From Epiperipatus broadwayi (lineage: Eukaryota; Animalia; Onychophora), in NCBI GenBank assembly GCA_028023455.1, contig JAQFVV010000010.1, positions 3,596,001 through 3,660,000 on the forward strand: a DNA stretch of 64,000 nt, written 5' to 3'. The notes under the pieces were generated by a model. That model worked only from the letters and a program-made list of their open reading frames with translations. It was not told where the DNA came from and searched no databases. Below are positions 26,893 through 40,595 of the stretch, in pieces. A program made the position numbers and the translations under genes. Every line of letters starts with the position of its first letter. Position 1 is the first letter of the stretch.

Positions 26893-29800
26893 TTTAAGCA
26901 TCTATCCATTTTATTGTTGCATAATTCATGCACGTATACGATCTCTCCCGCAGCTTCGAGCAAGTATATTTATGAGCATGGTTTAAATCCCATCTCGAGT
27001 GCCAATCTTACACTTTGATAAGAATTATACTCACCGAAAACATAAATAAGGATTCTATGTATATATATATATCTAGGGTAGTGTGTCCAGACTAGCTCTA
27101 TCTCAAGGTCTGGGGAACATGATCTAGTGAGAGAACAAAGCAAAGACAATTCCCGACTACATCATATATATCTACGTATACCATATGATAATTTACTTGT
27201 TTATAAATTATATTACCCAGCCCAGAAGTTATAACAAAACTAGACTATAAGTTACTATGCTAGTTATCATTTAATTCTAAGCTTTATACACACCTATGCA
27301 TATTTTAATATTCATGCGCACGACCCATTTATTCCGATACACACATATATGATTCATATATATAGCAACGAAAGAGTGCAAATACACATCAGAGTTGTTT
27401 ATTTAATGTTTTTTATTTATTTAATTTAAACAAGATTTATTACTGTATTTAATATAGAGGTAACACAAGTCCCTTCATTACTACGCATTCATTGAACATA
27501 TATATAGAGCAAAGGTCAATTTACCTTAATTACGATCGAATGTCCACGTGGTCAAAACTAACAGTCCGCACATTTATGATCCCAAAGAAATACTGGCCTT
27601 ATCGATATTCGTTGATCCTAAGGATGGTAAACAGTCCGCAATGTGATACACCAAGTAGCTTATCACAGAGGTGGAGTAGATGATTTCGCTCGCTTAAAAG
27701 TTCCCCAGCTGCATGTGCTTCACCGCCATTACACTTGATAAAATTTAAACAGCAAATTTCATAATCTGATTCAGGTGAGTCCTATGATAACAATCCACTG
27801 GGCCGGTCTAACGAAACCCACACTATTTAATTACCCCAACATTTTGATAGGAATATTAATAAAACTTTTTAATTAATTACACATTAATCCAATCCAAAAT
27901 CCATGCCACATCTCTTCTCTTTCCTTCTAATCACCACTATATATTTGCGAGAACAAAATAGTTCTTTTCTTTTACACTCTCTAATCTTGCATTCTCCCTT
28001 ATCTATTTGTACGCTGCAGACCGGATCTTCCATTGTTTCAGAATACCAACTCGACCAGTTCTCAGACTTTTGGTTGACAGAGTCATCAACTCAAACTACC
28101 CACAGCAACTAATTTATTCTATTTCTGTAGCTTTATATGCCCAATGGATTTATCAAGAAACACTTGTTACCACCAATATTATTAAAAATGTAGAACTTAG
28201 AACATTAACGAATAACAAAATATATATGTATAACCAATAACAAATTTATACAACTCCGTATATAATTGCCTCTCGTCAATCCCACATATAACCGTTAATA
28301 CCTATACACACTTTATAATAACACACACACAACTATATGTATATACAAGCATACAGTCCATCCTTTAACAGATTACATATTACTTTCACACTCTTTGTAA
28401 CAGGGTTCGAATGACTATTTATATATCTTTCGCATATACACAATCAATCCCCATCAACACTCACAATTAACATTCTATGTTGCATTATCTCTTGTATTCG
28501 AACCCAGCTACTGTTACATACCCCCCTGGTGCAATAGCCTTCAAATACCTTCTGTGTATTTGAACGGCTTCTTAAACGACCCTTTTCTATCCTTTATTCC
28601 CTTCGGTACCACCTTTCTGTTTCGGTGGCCACAGTCCCTTTTCTGGGTCGAACTTTGGCTTGTCTGGTGGGCGACAAGCTTCTGGTTCATATTGCCATCT
28701 CGGTCTGTGACTATCGTCACCACCTTTTCTATGCGTAGTGTCCCTGTCAGCGTGTTTTTCTTCCCTCCCAAACTTGGACTTTCTTTCCTTGCTCCAACAG
28801 TATGCTATGGTCATATGTGCTCATGTCCAGAGCATTAAGCAGTTCCGCCAATTCTCCAATGGATGCCTTTCTCACCCCCAACATCATTCTTTCTACATTC
28901 ATAGGCATATTGTGCCTTACAATTCGAATGATATGGCTTTCTGACAAATGACACGCGTCCAGGGTCCTCAGTCTCGCCACTTGGTGATGAAAGAATTGGG
29001 AGAAATTTTGTTTCTTCCCTTCCTCATATTTCTCTCACATCACTTGGTACTGCACGAGTTCCTGGCAGTCTTCCAACCAGAAAGTCTCTCGTATCTTCTT
29101 CTGGTACTCCTCGAAGGTTGTGGGTTGTTGGGACAATGAGTCCCACCATGCTTGGGCATTCCCGCTTAGATGACTGTACGCTACCACTAATTTACCTTCC
29201 TCTGGCATGGAATTCATGCCAAAGTATCTTCGTAGGCTTTGCAGGTGTTCCACGGGAGCTTCCCCCATTTGGCCTTCAAACTGCCGTATCTTTAAGAAGT
29301 GGTTCATGTGGGTGGGTATTGCCATACCCATACATTTACCCATATGCTCCAGTATTTCAGTCTCACCTGCCTTCGGCCTCTGTTTTATATTCTTCTCTTT
29401 CATCTAAACCTCCTTCTACTTCTTTATCGTCAGCCTTCTCCGCCCTTTCTTTGCTTTCATCTTAATTTTCCTTACATCCCCCTTTTTTTGCCTACCTTTG
29501 ATTTCTATCCCCAGTCTCCATTCTATCTCCTGAAATCTCAGTTCAAACCTCTTGTCCATCTCCTGAAATCGGAGTTCTAGACTTTAATTTTTCTAAAATC
29601 ATCTCCATTACATTTACTTCTTTCGCCTTCTGCTTTTCCCCTTTCTGTTTATTTTTTGGCTTCATTTTCTCTGTACCTATATATCATGGTTATTATGTTC
29701 GTATATCTCTATTACTATTTTAATTATGTGCCAGGTTCATCACCCTGGCTTCCAGTGGTCCACTGCATGACCTACCTGATAGACCTTCCTCCCTCATTAT

Positions 29801-31766
29801 TATCATATGGAATGATATTGTTTTATAATATCCCAATGTTGATAAAATTCTTAGCCCCTATTTTATAAACCATGTGACTTTATATATATCACAGAACAGA
29901 CATCAACTCTATTTCCCCTCTGACCACTTGAGAACTTTTCTATATGTATATCCACACATCGCAAAATATGCCCATTTTGCTATATTTCCAATATGTGTTT
30001 AAACTCTTTCTGTTTTCTCTATTGCCTTTTTTTTTTTTAAATTCTCCAACTCTCATTTGGAAAGCTCTTTTTAAGTTACGTTAGGATGCCCTTTTAATGC
30101 TCATTCTCCACTATTCGCAGCCTCATTCTTTGGGACACCATTTTAAGCGTCTACCCATTTTATTGTTGCATAATTCATGCACGTATACGATCTCTCCCGC
30201 AGCTTCGAGCAAGTATATTTATGAGCATGGTTTAAATCCCATCTCAAGTGCCAATCTTACACTTTGATAAGAATTATACTCACCGAAAACATAAATAAGG
30301 ATTCTGTATGTATATATATATATCTAGGGTAGTGTGTCCAGACTAGCTCTATCTCAAGGTCTGGGGAACATGATCTAGTGAGAGAACAAAGCAAAGACAA
30401 TTCCCGACTACATCATATATATCTACGTATACCATATGATAATTTACTTGTTTATAAATTATATTACCCAGCCCAGAAGTTATAACAAAACTAGACTATA
30501 AGTTACTACGCTAGTTATCATTTAATTCTAAGCTTTATACACACCTATGCATATTTTAATATTCATGCGCACAACCCATTTATTCCGATACACACATATA
30601 TGATTCATATATATAGCAATGAAAGAGTGCAATTACACATCAGAGTTGTTTATTTAATGTTTTTTTTTTATTTAATTTAAACAAGATTTATTACTGTATT
30701 TAATATAGAGGTAACACAAGTCCCTTCATTACTATGCATTCATTGAACATATATATAGAGCAAAGGTCAATTTACCTTAATTATGATCGAATGTCCACGT
30801 GGTCAAAACTAACAGTCCGCACATTTATGATCCCAAAGAAATACTGGCCTTATCGATATTCATTGATCCTAAGGATGGTAAACAGTCTGCAATGTGATAC
30901 ACCAAGTAGCTTATCATAGAGGTGGAGTAGATGATTTCGCTCGCTTAAGAGGTCCCCAGCTGCATGTGCTTCACCACCATTACACTTGATAAAATTTAAG
31001 CAGCGAATTTCATAATCTGATTCAGGTGAGTCCTACGATAACAATCCACTGGGCCGGTCTAACGAAATCCACACTATTTAATTACCCCAACATTTTGATG
31101 GGAATATTAATAAAACTTCTTAATTAATTACACGTTAATCCAAAATCTGTGCCATGTCTCTTCTCTTTCCTTCTAATCACCACTATATATTTGCGAGAAC
31201 AAAATAGTTCTTTTCTTTTACACTCTCTAAGCTCGCATTCTCCCTTATCTATTCGTATGCCACAGACCAGATCTTCCATTGTTTCAGAATACCAACTCGA
31301 CCAGTTCTCAGACTTCTGGCCGACAGAGTCATTAACTCAAACTGCCCACAGCAACTAATTTATTCTATTTCTGTAGCTTTATATGCCCAATGGATTCATC
31401 AAGAAACATGTGTTACCACCAATATTATTAAAAATGTAGAACTTAGAACATTAACGAGTAACAAAATATATATGTAGAACCAATAACAAATTTATACAAC
31501 TCCATATATAATTGCCTCTCGGCAATCCCACATATAACTGTTAATATCTATACACACTTTATAATAACACACACCCACAACTATATGTATATACAAGCAT
31601 ACAGTCCATCCTTTAACCGATTACATATTACTTTCACACTCTTTGTAACAGGGTTCAAATGAATATTTATACATCTTTCGCATATACACAATCAATCCCT
31701 AACAACACTTGCAATTAACACTCTATGTTGCATTATCTCTTGAATTCGAACCCAGCTACTGTTACG
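26893..31766 (-). mobile_element. Complete non-autonomous gag-only Ty3/Gypsy LTR element
   Basis: Direct repeats 26893-28518 and 30142-31766 (~1625 bp); ATAT flanks at 26889-26892 and 31767-31770; PBS-like TGGTGTCCC at 30140-30132 (minus); PPT AGGGGGGTA at 28527-28519; ~1.6-kb interior carries gag only. Confidence 0.93.
28530..29665 (-). pseudogene. Disrupted retrotransposon Gag (coiled coil + capsid-like domain)
   Basis: Track ORFs 29035-29403 and 28747-28980 are in one frame split by a TGA: FEGQMGEAPVEHLQSLRRYF..HLSGNAQAWW..TFEEYQKKIRETFW (retrotransposon gag pattern). Upstream LELRFQEMDKRFELRFQEIE heptads. Two TAG codons and two frameshifts. Confidence 0.85.
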
Positions 31767-31989
31767 ATATATATATATATTGAGAGCCATAGCTTGAAAC
31801 CAGTTTGGCAATGGAATAATTCTAGATAGAGATTTTAAATGTTTTCTCTTGCAGCATTTATCAATAAAGCTTGTTTCGAGCTATTAGCATGATCATTATA
31901 TTATATTTATAATACAAGCTTATTAAGTTAAATCACTTGATTTTATTACTAATATATAGAGAGATATAGATATTATAATGAACAGTAAG

Positions 31990-33870
31990 TACCTTAATAT
32001 CCAACACCAGATAATACTACCTGATAGCAGTAACATCAGTTTTATATAAAGTTTTCTCATATATGATGGCTGGAAGGGTTGAAAAATGGAAGAAAATAAT
32101 ATAGTGGGAGAAATGCAAAGAGGTTTTCAATTGGGTAGGCATATAGGAGATAGTTTGTTTGTAGTTGCACAACTTATGAATATGAGTAGATGTACAGGTA
32201 GACAGTTATATATGGTTTTTATAGATATAGGGAAGTCATATGATAGAGTAAATAGAAATAAATTATGGGTAAGCTTAGTACATTTAGGAATGGATGGAAT
32301 TTTAAGATATTATTAAGAAATGATATGAAAATAATTACTATATGTATCAATTAGGGAATATAGAATCCATTAAAGTTAAAAATGGGGTGTGAAGAAGGCA
32401 AGGATGCCCTATGTCACCTATTTTGTTTTTGTTGTATTTGAGAGAAATAGAGAGCAATAGAAAGATTAGGAAGAGGATAGAGATACTATTAATAGATGGC
32501 AAGGGAGTATATACATTATTGGGTCTTTTATTTGCAGATTGAGGTCTTTTTGCGTGCAGAAAGAAGGGAAGATATAGAAGTTATGCTGAGGACATGCGCA
32601 AGAGTGGGTAAATAGACGGGGAGTGAGTTTAGTGAAGAAAAATCAAAAGTAATGATGATTAATACTGGGGAAAGAGAAGACAAAGAATTTGGGGAATATA
32701 AAGTTGAGTGTGGTGAATAGATATAACTATTTGGCAATTATATTAAGTAATCAGAAACTGTTTGGATGAATGGGAGAAAAAATTGATAAATGAAGCAAAA
32801 AAAAAGAAAGGGATTGATAAAGAAATTAACAGGGTATCCATATAATAAATATGATGTAGCTAGAATTGTATGGAGGGCAGTGGCAGTAGCAAGGCTAACA
32901 TATGATAATGATGTGCTATGTGTTAGTAAAGGAGTATTATATTACTTGGAAAAAGTACAAAGAGAACTAGGAAGACATGCATTAGATGCAGATGTATGGA
33001 TGGTAAAGGAGGCAATTCAAGGAGAAATGGGATGATCAAGTTTTTATATGAGGGATGCAAAAAACAAAATGAAAATGTTTGATAGAATGCAGTTTATGGA
33101 TAATAAAAGAATAGCCAGAATAGTATTTAATTGGGTTATGAATAAAGAGCAGGTAACAAGATGGGTGAGAAAGGTAATGAGGTATGAAAAAGATTTGGAT
33201 AAAGAATTTATATCAGTATACTTGTACAAAAGGTGGGATTTTGCATTACGAGAATTGTTAAGTGTTATAATGGTAAGGATTGGAATAGAAGAATAGATTG
33301 ATTAATAAAGAATAGGAGGTTGGAGAGATGGAGAATTAGTATGGAGAGAAGAAAAGAGTTTAAATATATATAGAAGTAAATGGAATATTGGGTATGAGTT
33401 AATGTATAATAATAGCAAGGAAAGTAGTTTATTATTTAAGGCTCGAATGGGATATGTAGCAACAAGGGATTATAGACGTAATTGGAAAAACATGGGTGAT
33501 TTAGTCTGCAAGTTGTGTAAAAAAGGCATAGAAAATATTAGGCATCTGTTAATTGAATGTAAATGCCTGAAAGTATAAAGGATACAAATAATAAAGTTGT
33601 GGAAGAATAAATATAAGGAAAGTGATTATACAGAAAATGGATTATTAATTTTTATGCTGGTTTTGGGAAAAGATAAGGGGGATTAAGATATAAAAGCCAT
33701 GGAGTTGACAAAGATTATGTTGTGAAATTGAGATGGAGCAGGATCTGGGAAAACATAGTGTGGGGAATGTAAAGGGAAGATAAAGTAGCTAACAGGTTTC
33801 TCTGAGCATAGTTGCTGAGAGATTCCTGACTCTATATGAGAAGTCACAGTGCATCACATAACATCATCAA
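31990..33870 (+). mobile_element. 5'-truncated non-LTR retrotransposon (LINE): RT plus C-terminal CCHC, decayed
   Basis: IAVTSVLYKVF; MQRGF; LYMVFIDIGKSYDRV; RQGCPMSPILFL; LFAD; FSEEKSKVM; C-terminal CKLCKKGIENIRHLLIEC (~33507-33560); CATCA-rich tail ~33853-33870. Confidence 0.92.
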
Positions 33871-35708
33871 TATCTCATCAAGAGTCATCATATCAGAGTT
33901 TACTTATGAGGACCTTAATTATAAACACCTACACAGCTACGTCATTACAAATAGATATTTAAAATTGCTTCTAGGTCATGGAAACAGAGATTTTTTAGAA
34001 ACACAAATTAGTAATGCAGAAAACAGTAAACACACATTAATATATTAATCTAACAACAAACAAAACTTTATTAACATTTCAATATCATACAGTTAAATTA
34101 ATGAATTGAAATCATTCCTTGTTATGTTGGCAGATATTGCATTTGGCATCAGGTAGCCCTTGAATATTAACAAACACAAAATCATATATTAATAATTATG
34201 TATCATCTCTGAAGTCTATTATTAAATAACTCTATTGTTTATATGATATGCAACTTAATTTCTCTTAACTTAAAAGAATAGGCAATATTAAAAAAATAAA
34301 TTAACTTTAAATATTCACAACACAAAGACTTATATATTATGCATTTGATCTATATATACTACGTTAAAGTAAAATACAATAAAAACCTCTAACAACCAGA
34401 TGTACAAAGTAAAATAAAATTAATGGGGAGAAATGTCTAAACTAAGTACAAAATCAATGTCTTTTGTGAGTACCTCAAGTGAGAATGATATATATATATA
34501 TTGGGCAGGTAAATAACATATTGAAAATTTAAAAAAACCTCAGTTAAAATATCTACAAGATCACTATATAGATTGCACATGCATATATCTGCTAATCTTT
34601 TATTTCAGATATGTATGTGAATCAAACAAAATAACAAACTGACTCAAAGTTTTAAGCACAATAAAATTAACTTATTAAACTATTTTAATATATATGCATA
34701 CACATTGGCATTAGAATACATACATATACTTCTATTAATTTTACAATTATACTACCTTGATAAAATAGTTTAGTTTTTTAATTAATTCAACTATTGATTT
34801 TATTTTATTATCAATCAGAAATATTATAAACTAATTAATTACATTTTTGAAAGTTTTTTTTTTTTTACAAACAAATTTTATTTTAACTTTTCATATATAT
34901 TTTTAAATAAAAAAAAAAAAAGGAGAGAATGAGTTTAAAATTTTTTTTCCACTTTAGATTCTCCTAACATTCTATTCCCCCACCCTCTTCTTAACAAATA
35001 GTTTCATTATATTTTAAAAGCAAAATATAAGCAATCTTTTTATTTCCTTAATATAATTTAATTATTACTTTTGGACTATTCTCATTTATTGGATTTTATT
35101 ACTTTTTTTAAATAAATCTGATCATTTATTTTTAAATGAAAAAATATGTAATGCTAGCGTTACAATATATATAATTAAAGAAAAGTATCAAATCCTTTCA
35201 ATATTTTTATAATAATAAAAAAGTGTTCTGTATTTTTATTTCTATATATAAATGATTAGAGACAGTTTATATAATTTTTGATTAGAAATGTATTCAATAA
35301 GATATTATTGCAACTTTCCTCTGTTTATGAAAATTGTTGTACTGTTGTCAGAGGAGAGCTTCAGTTGTATTCAATTTTTTTAAATTAATTATTTTAGTAG
35401 CTTTAGATCAAAAAATTGGCTTGGTTGTATGTAATGGCACAGCACTGACTCCAATGAAGGGCTTCTGGTAACTATAAAGTGATATTTTATCCAACTTATT
35501 GTATGGAAGAGAGAAATGAACTCTGATATAACATAAATGTTTTGAAAAAATTCATTTAAGAATGCTTCATAAGATTCTAAATATATAACATCAAGATCAT
35601 AAAACCAATATTGAATTAATTGAATTGAATATGTGAACTAAGTAAAAATTATTTGTTTTTCTAAAAAAATGTTTATAATAAACTTGAGCATTGTCTTTAT
35701 GAGAGAGA

Positions 35709-35850
35709 TATATAATATCAAAACTCCACTCTTTTACACTTTATTGCAAAATATATATTCATTTAATTGATTGCAGTTGAAACTGTAATCAATTAAATAA
35801 ATACATATTTTGCTATAAAGTGTAAAAGGGTGGAGTTTTGATATTATATA
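35709..35850. repeat. Near-perfect ~70-bp-arm hairpin whose apex is a family-2 hammerhead GAAACTGTA
   Basis: TATATAATATCAAAACTCCACTCTTTTACACTTTA mirrored by TAAAGTGTAAAAGGGTGGAGTTTTGATATTATATA; centre GATTGCAGTT-GA-AACTGTAATC. Confidence 0.85.
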
Positions 35851-37049
35851 TTGTAAGTAAGCAAAAATAAAGAAGAGGTGGAAGAGTCTTACACATTATG
35901 AGAGAGATAAATTCTATTTATGTTATAAATATTAATTCTGAGACATTCTAAAATAAAGTGCAATATTAATTTACTTTATTGGCAAGATATAACTATGGAT
36001 AAAATATAGTGAAGATATATAATTAGATAAGATGTTAAAGTCTATTCCAAAGTAAAATTCATTGCAGAAGAAGCTATAAGATATCAAATAAACAGTCTTT
36101 ATGTTTCACGGATTTATTCATTACAAAACTCATCTTTAGCTTTTTAGTTTTTATTTTTCTATATTTGTTTTTTTATATATAGTTAGTATGGCCATACTTG
36201 TTTATGGGTGACTTATTAACAATGAGAAGCAAACAATACTAACAATGCCGATCAAGTAATTAGAGTACCAATTTATCTTTAAAATTATGGTAATTCAAAA
36301 TAGACAACAAGTGAGCATTTATCATCAGTGTTTACCAAAAGCTATCCAAAATTAAATTTTTATTAATTATTAATTTTATTAATTATGCTAAAAAATATTG
36401 CATCCAAATATGACTTTACAATTGTCTTTTATGAGTGGTTAAATTATATTTTTGACAATAAATGTTAATTTTGGAATATGATTTGACTGTCATTAAAATA
36501 TAGGCCACATTGGAGTCCAATATTTTAATTCACTATTCCAAAGATTTTATTTTATTTTAATATAAACTTTTTTTCAAACAATAATATTTAAGAAAAGAAA
36601 TATTTCTCAGTGAACCACTAAAATTTGTTATTATGTTTATAGATTAGTGTTAAAATCTGGATGGAATTTAGAATTTTTTCAACTCCTGAAAAATTCCATT
36701 AACTTTAGTTATGAAAATATGATTGCAATATTATTCTATCATTGAGCATTAAATCTATTTTGATTTTTAAGACTACTTCATAATTACAAATGGTGCTACT
36801 AAGGATATGTCAAAAGAAGTGAAAAAATAATATAGAAATTACTAATAAAGATGACAGAATAAAAAAAATCCAGATGATTGAAAGAATGCAGTAGTAATAT
36901 TAATGTATAAAAATATGAAAATAAATATATTAAAAATGTTTTAAAAATATAAAAATGAATATATTAAAAATGAGAGACCTATTAATGTTTCAACAGTTAT
37001 ACAAGATCTTTATTAGATCATTAACAACTTATCTTCAGAAAACATTGGA

Positions 37050-39016
37050 TTCAAATCTAACAAAAGAACAGTTAGATTTAAAAGCAGCACACTAAATCAT
37101 ATCCAGGCATAAAGTAGTAAGAACTAGCAATTGTATTGGATTTGTAGATTATGCTTTAAGCACTTCTGTAGCTTAAAACTTTGAACATCATAATATAGAT
37201 ATAGAATATCAAAATTCTACATTACTGATTAATCAATGTGGTGCCATTAAGAAGACTGGTGAGAATGGGTAGCAAGATCATTTTGTTTCTTTAAAAGTTT
37301 TTATAGCAAATTTTGCAGAAAATATTTTGTGCATCAAAGTAAAAAGGAATAAAAATAAGTGGAGATTATCTAATAAAAAGGTAGCACCACATGATTTAAG
37401 CTCCATATGGTCTATTTGTATAATTTTGTATCATCTTATGATTACCAGCTTCATTTTAAAAAAAGGGAATCAAATAAAACATTCCGATGCATTGTCTTGC
37501 CTGCCAGATATAACAGAAAAAGCTGATAATGATGTTTCTATAAATTAAATGGACCAATGGTAATCAGAATTAATCAGTAGTAAAACTATTGCTAAATGGA
37601 TTAAAGCTAACATAGGCTACCTATCATTTACAAGTTGGATTAAGGATAGATAGCCCAGTAAATGATCTGGAAATCTCCATAAGTCCTTGTAGAACTTACA
37701 AACTCAATAAGTAACAAAGATTGTATAATAATCAGTGATAAAGTTTTGATTCCTCCACAGGGATGTTCCAATGTTTTGGAAATACTTCACAATGATCATT
37801 CAGGCATAGTTAAGGCTAAATCTCTCACTTACAGCTACATGTAGTGGCCTGGAATAAATATAGAAATTGAGACATATATTAAAAAGTCCAAACCTTGTCA
37901 ATCCATGGAAATGTTTTGCCCAAAAAATATTATCCATGGAAACACTGATAAACTATGGAGCAGAATGCATATAGACTATGCAGGTCCTTTTAAGGGCCAA
38001 ATTTTTACAGTGTTAGTAGATGCTAATTTAAAATGGGTAGAATATAAGCTAATAAAAAAAACTAGTTCAGCTGAAAACTGTACAAATCTTAATAGGAATT
38101 TTGTATGCTATGATTCATCAAAAACTCTAGTGTCAGATAATGGCACAGGATTTACATCTGCAGAATTTTAAGCATTTTTAGTCATGGGGTATAAATTATG
38201 TCTGTACCTACCTTATCATTCTCAGTCAAACAAAATTGTTTCAAAAAAGGTCCAGCAGTTAAAGAAAACTTGAAATAAAATCAATTATAATAATATGTAA
38301 GAGGCAATAAATTTTGCAATGTAATTTTAATATCATCTATTTTCTTTAATACTTTTACAAAACACTGTAAAAGTATTAAAGAACATAGATTGTATTAAAA
38401 TTATATGGATTTGGCAATGCTAATAGGAAAGATAAAGTTATAAATTTTGCAATCCTATAACAATACATTACTCAATCCACAGTTATGGATAAATCACCCA
38501 TAGAAATACTTATAAACAGAGAATTGCACAGTAAATTGTCCATACTTGTGCCAGAAAAAAAAAATGCAAAAATTTAAGAAGACAAAAAATATTTACAAGA
38601 TTGGAGATCGAGGGTTCAAGATAATCTCCATAAATTATGATTGATGGAAAAGTATCAAAAATATTTTCAGACCACATTGTTGAGATTCAAATGTCTTTGG
38701 GAAATTGTTTTCACCATCATATTAATCATATCCAGAAAAACTGGATGCCAAACCAGCCAAAAGTAATGAAATGTCAGATTGCATGCCACCAAATAAGTCA
38801 GATTATTAGGAGGAAATAACACAAATTGTCAAAGTACAGTAATTAATGAAACAAATAAACAAGCTGATAAATCTGAAATTGCTGAAAAGAAATTAGATTC
38901 TTCAATTAAACAACCAGAAAATGGAAGCCATCATAAAAAACGCCAAACTGTGTATTTAAAAGATTATTTATGAGACCTTGAAGAAGAATGTAATTCTCCA
39001 AAATAGGAGGGATTAG
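37050..39016 (+). mobile_element. Decayed Ty3/Gypsy (Mag-like) RNase H-integrase fragment with PPT
   Basis: KKGNQIKHSDALSCLP; LHNDHSGIVKAKSL.YSYM*WPGIN; WSRMHIDYAGPFKGQ; LVSDNGTGFTSAEF; YHSQSN; purine tract at 39001-39013. Confidence 0.92.
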
Positions 39017-39301
39017 TGATGTTTCCAGATTAATAAAAAATAAGATGTGTGGGTGTGCATGTTTAAATATTTATATGTTAAATTTTATAAAATGCAAAAA
39101 AAAAAAAAAGAATACTTATTTTATTTAAATAAATTACAATTATTATTTTGAACGTTCCATCATCAGATTTTCAATGAAATGGAAGGCTAAAGAGTTGTGA
39201 GTTGGAATAGTTTGAAGCCTGTCCATTAAAGTATAAAGATTGGCTATCTTAATATAAAGCTGAGTACTGATTATATATATGTGTGAGGATAGTAATCTAG
39301 A

Positions 39302-39344
39302 CCAACTGATGATTGCTGGTTTAGCATGAAATAATATATTCGTG
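39302..39344 (+). ncRNA. Hammerhead ribozyme-like motif, family 3 (degenerate stems I and III)
   Basis: CCAA CTGATGA T TGCT-ggttt-AGCA T GAAA TAATA TA TTCG; shares CCAACTGATGA.TGCT..GCATGAAA with 49670-49709. Confidence 0.55.
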
Positions 39345-40299
39345 ATTATTTATCTTTTTAACATGTGTGTGATCAGATGGGTCAGCAATATGAGATGGCA
39401 CTGAGAGTGGTGGATCGTGTGAAAGTCTGAGTTCGAACCCTGCATATATTACATATATAAATGTAGGTTTAAGCCTGTACAATGTATTAATTATTATATA
39501 AGTATTGCAGACTTTTCTAATATGGGAAAAAATCTGCTAGCTCCAAACTATTTATCACCTAGTAAATAATGTAAAAATAATTTAAGCATTCTGGGATAAT
39601 GTGAGAAAAGTAATAATTATGTAACATTAATTATCTCCTGGATGATAATCTAAAAATAGAAACTTTAAGGATTTCGGGGATTTATTTCAAAGCTTATAAA
39701 TAATAGTAAAATTTATCCAAGCAGCAGAGGCTAATTTGGAAATGTAAAAACAACCCAGGAACATGATGACTTGGACAAACCTCAATACCCAGCTACATCC
39801 TGATTGAAGTAAAATAAGGGACTTAGGGATTTGTTGCTGGCCGCCTCAGTCTAAATTACAATTTAAAATAAATCTTCAGACACAACTGTTAGTGTAAGTA
39901 ATATGTGCTGAAATTGTAAATAAAATGTATATTTACTTTGGATAAACATTATCTTGACGGGGAGGGGGGGCATGTGCTTTGGCGAAATAATTTCAAACTT
40001 TTTTCCCGAATTTTGTTACTTTTTCATTTTTTCCCCTTTACTTGTAAAGTTATCCTTTGACAATATCTGTAGTTGTAAGGTTGGTGCTTAGACAAAAGTA
40101 ATTGTATGTATGCTGTCTGGTGGATGTGTGAGAAGCACATTGTTTCACATTAATTACAATAAGGCTTTGGCAGCCATAAATCATATAACACTTATCATGC
40201 CAGTAAAATGAAATGTTAGATCTTCTGGGTATTCATGCAAAATCTTTGCTTCATAGCAATTGATGGAGGAACTTATACTCCGAAACTGGCAATGAGGAA

Positions 40300-40595
40300 T
40301 TAGTGCGAAGGTGGTTGCTAAAGAACAATGTCCTATGTTAGCATTGCAATGAACAGTGTTATGCTGAAAGTGCAAATGGTATTAGATAGCAATGCAGATT
40401 ATGTTGCCACCATATATCCATTAGACACGGCTCTTTTTTTTGTCTAGGGACCCACATCATTACGGACAAGACTGGATACAATAACCTAGCTATAATTTAT
40501 AATAGCACATATATGCATTTTGTTGTTATGAACCTGCAGAACTTCATGGATCCATACACAAAATGTAGAGAACCTATAGATGCATGCAAAATGTA
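40300..40595 (+). mobile_element. Merlin / ISXO2 (IS1595-like) transposase relic, internally deleted
   Basis: LLKNNVLC*HC..GIR*QCRLC.HHISIRHGSFF matches the N-terminal zinc ribbon and SIR.GSFF motif; HTQNVENL*MHAK matches the C-terminal HTQ.IE..W..K motif. Confidence 0.75.

Noticed and set aside
27085-27120. CCAGACTAG...GTCTGGGGA in the LTR resembling family-1 hammerhead stems
   Set aside because: Only two 9-nt matches; no CUGANGA or GAAA core on either strand.
27492-31358. Duplicated ORFs 27492/30734 and 27903/31149 as paralogous genes
   Set aside because: They lie inside the two LTRs, antisense to the element, with no recognisable domain.
31860-31925. AAGCTT-containing short hairpins (also ~14630 and ~62790-62885) as a fourth hammerhead family
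   Set aside because: CGAAAC is visible on the minus strand of one copy but the CUGANGA core is absent.
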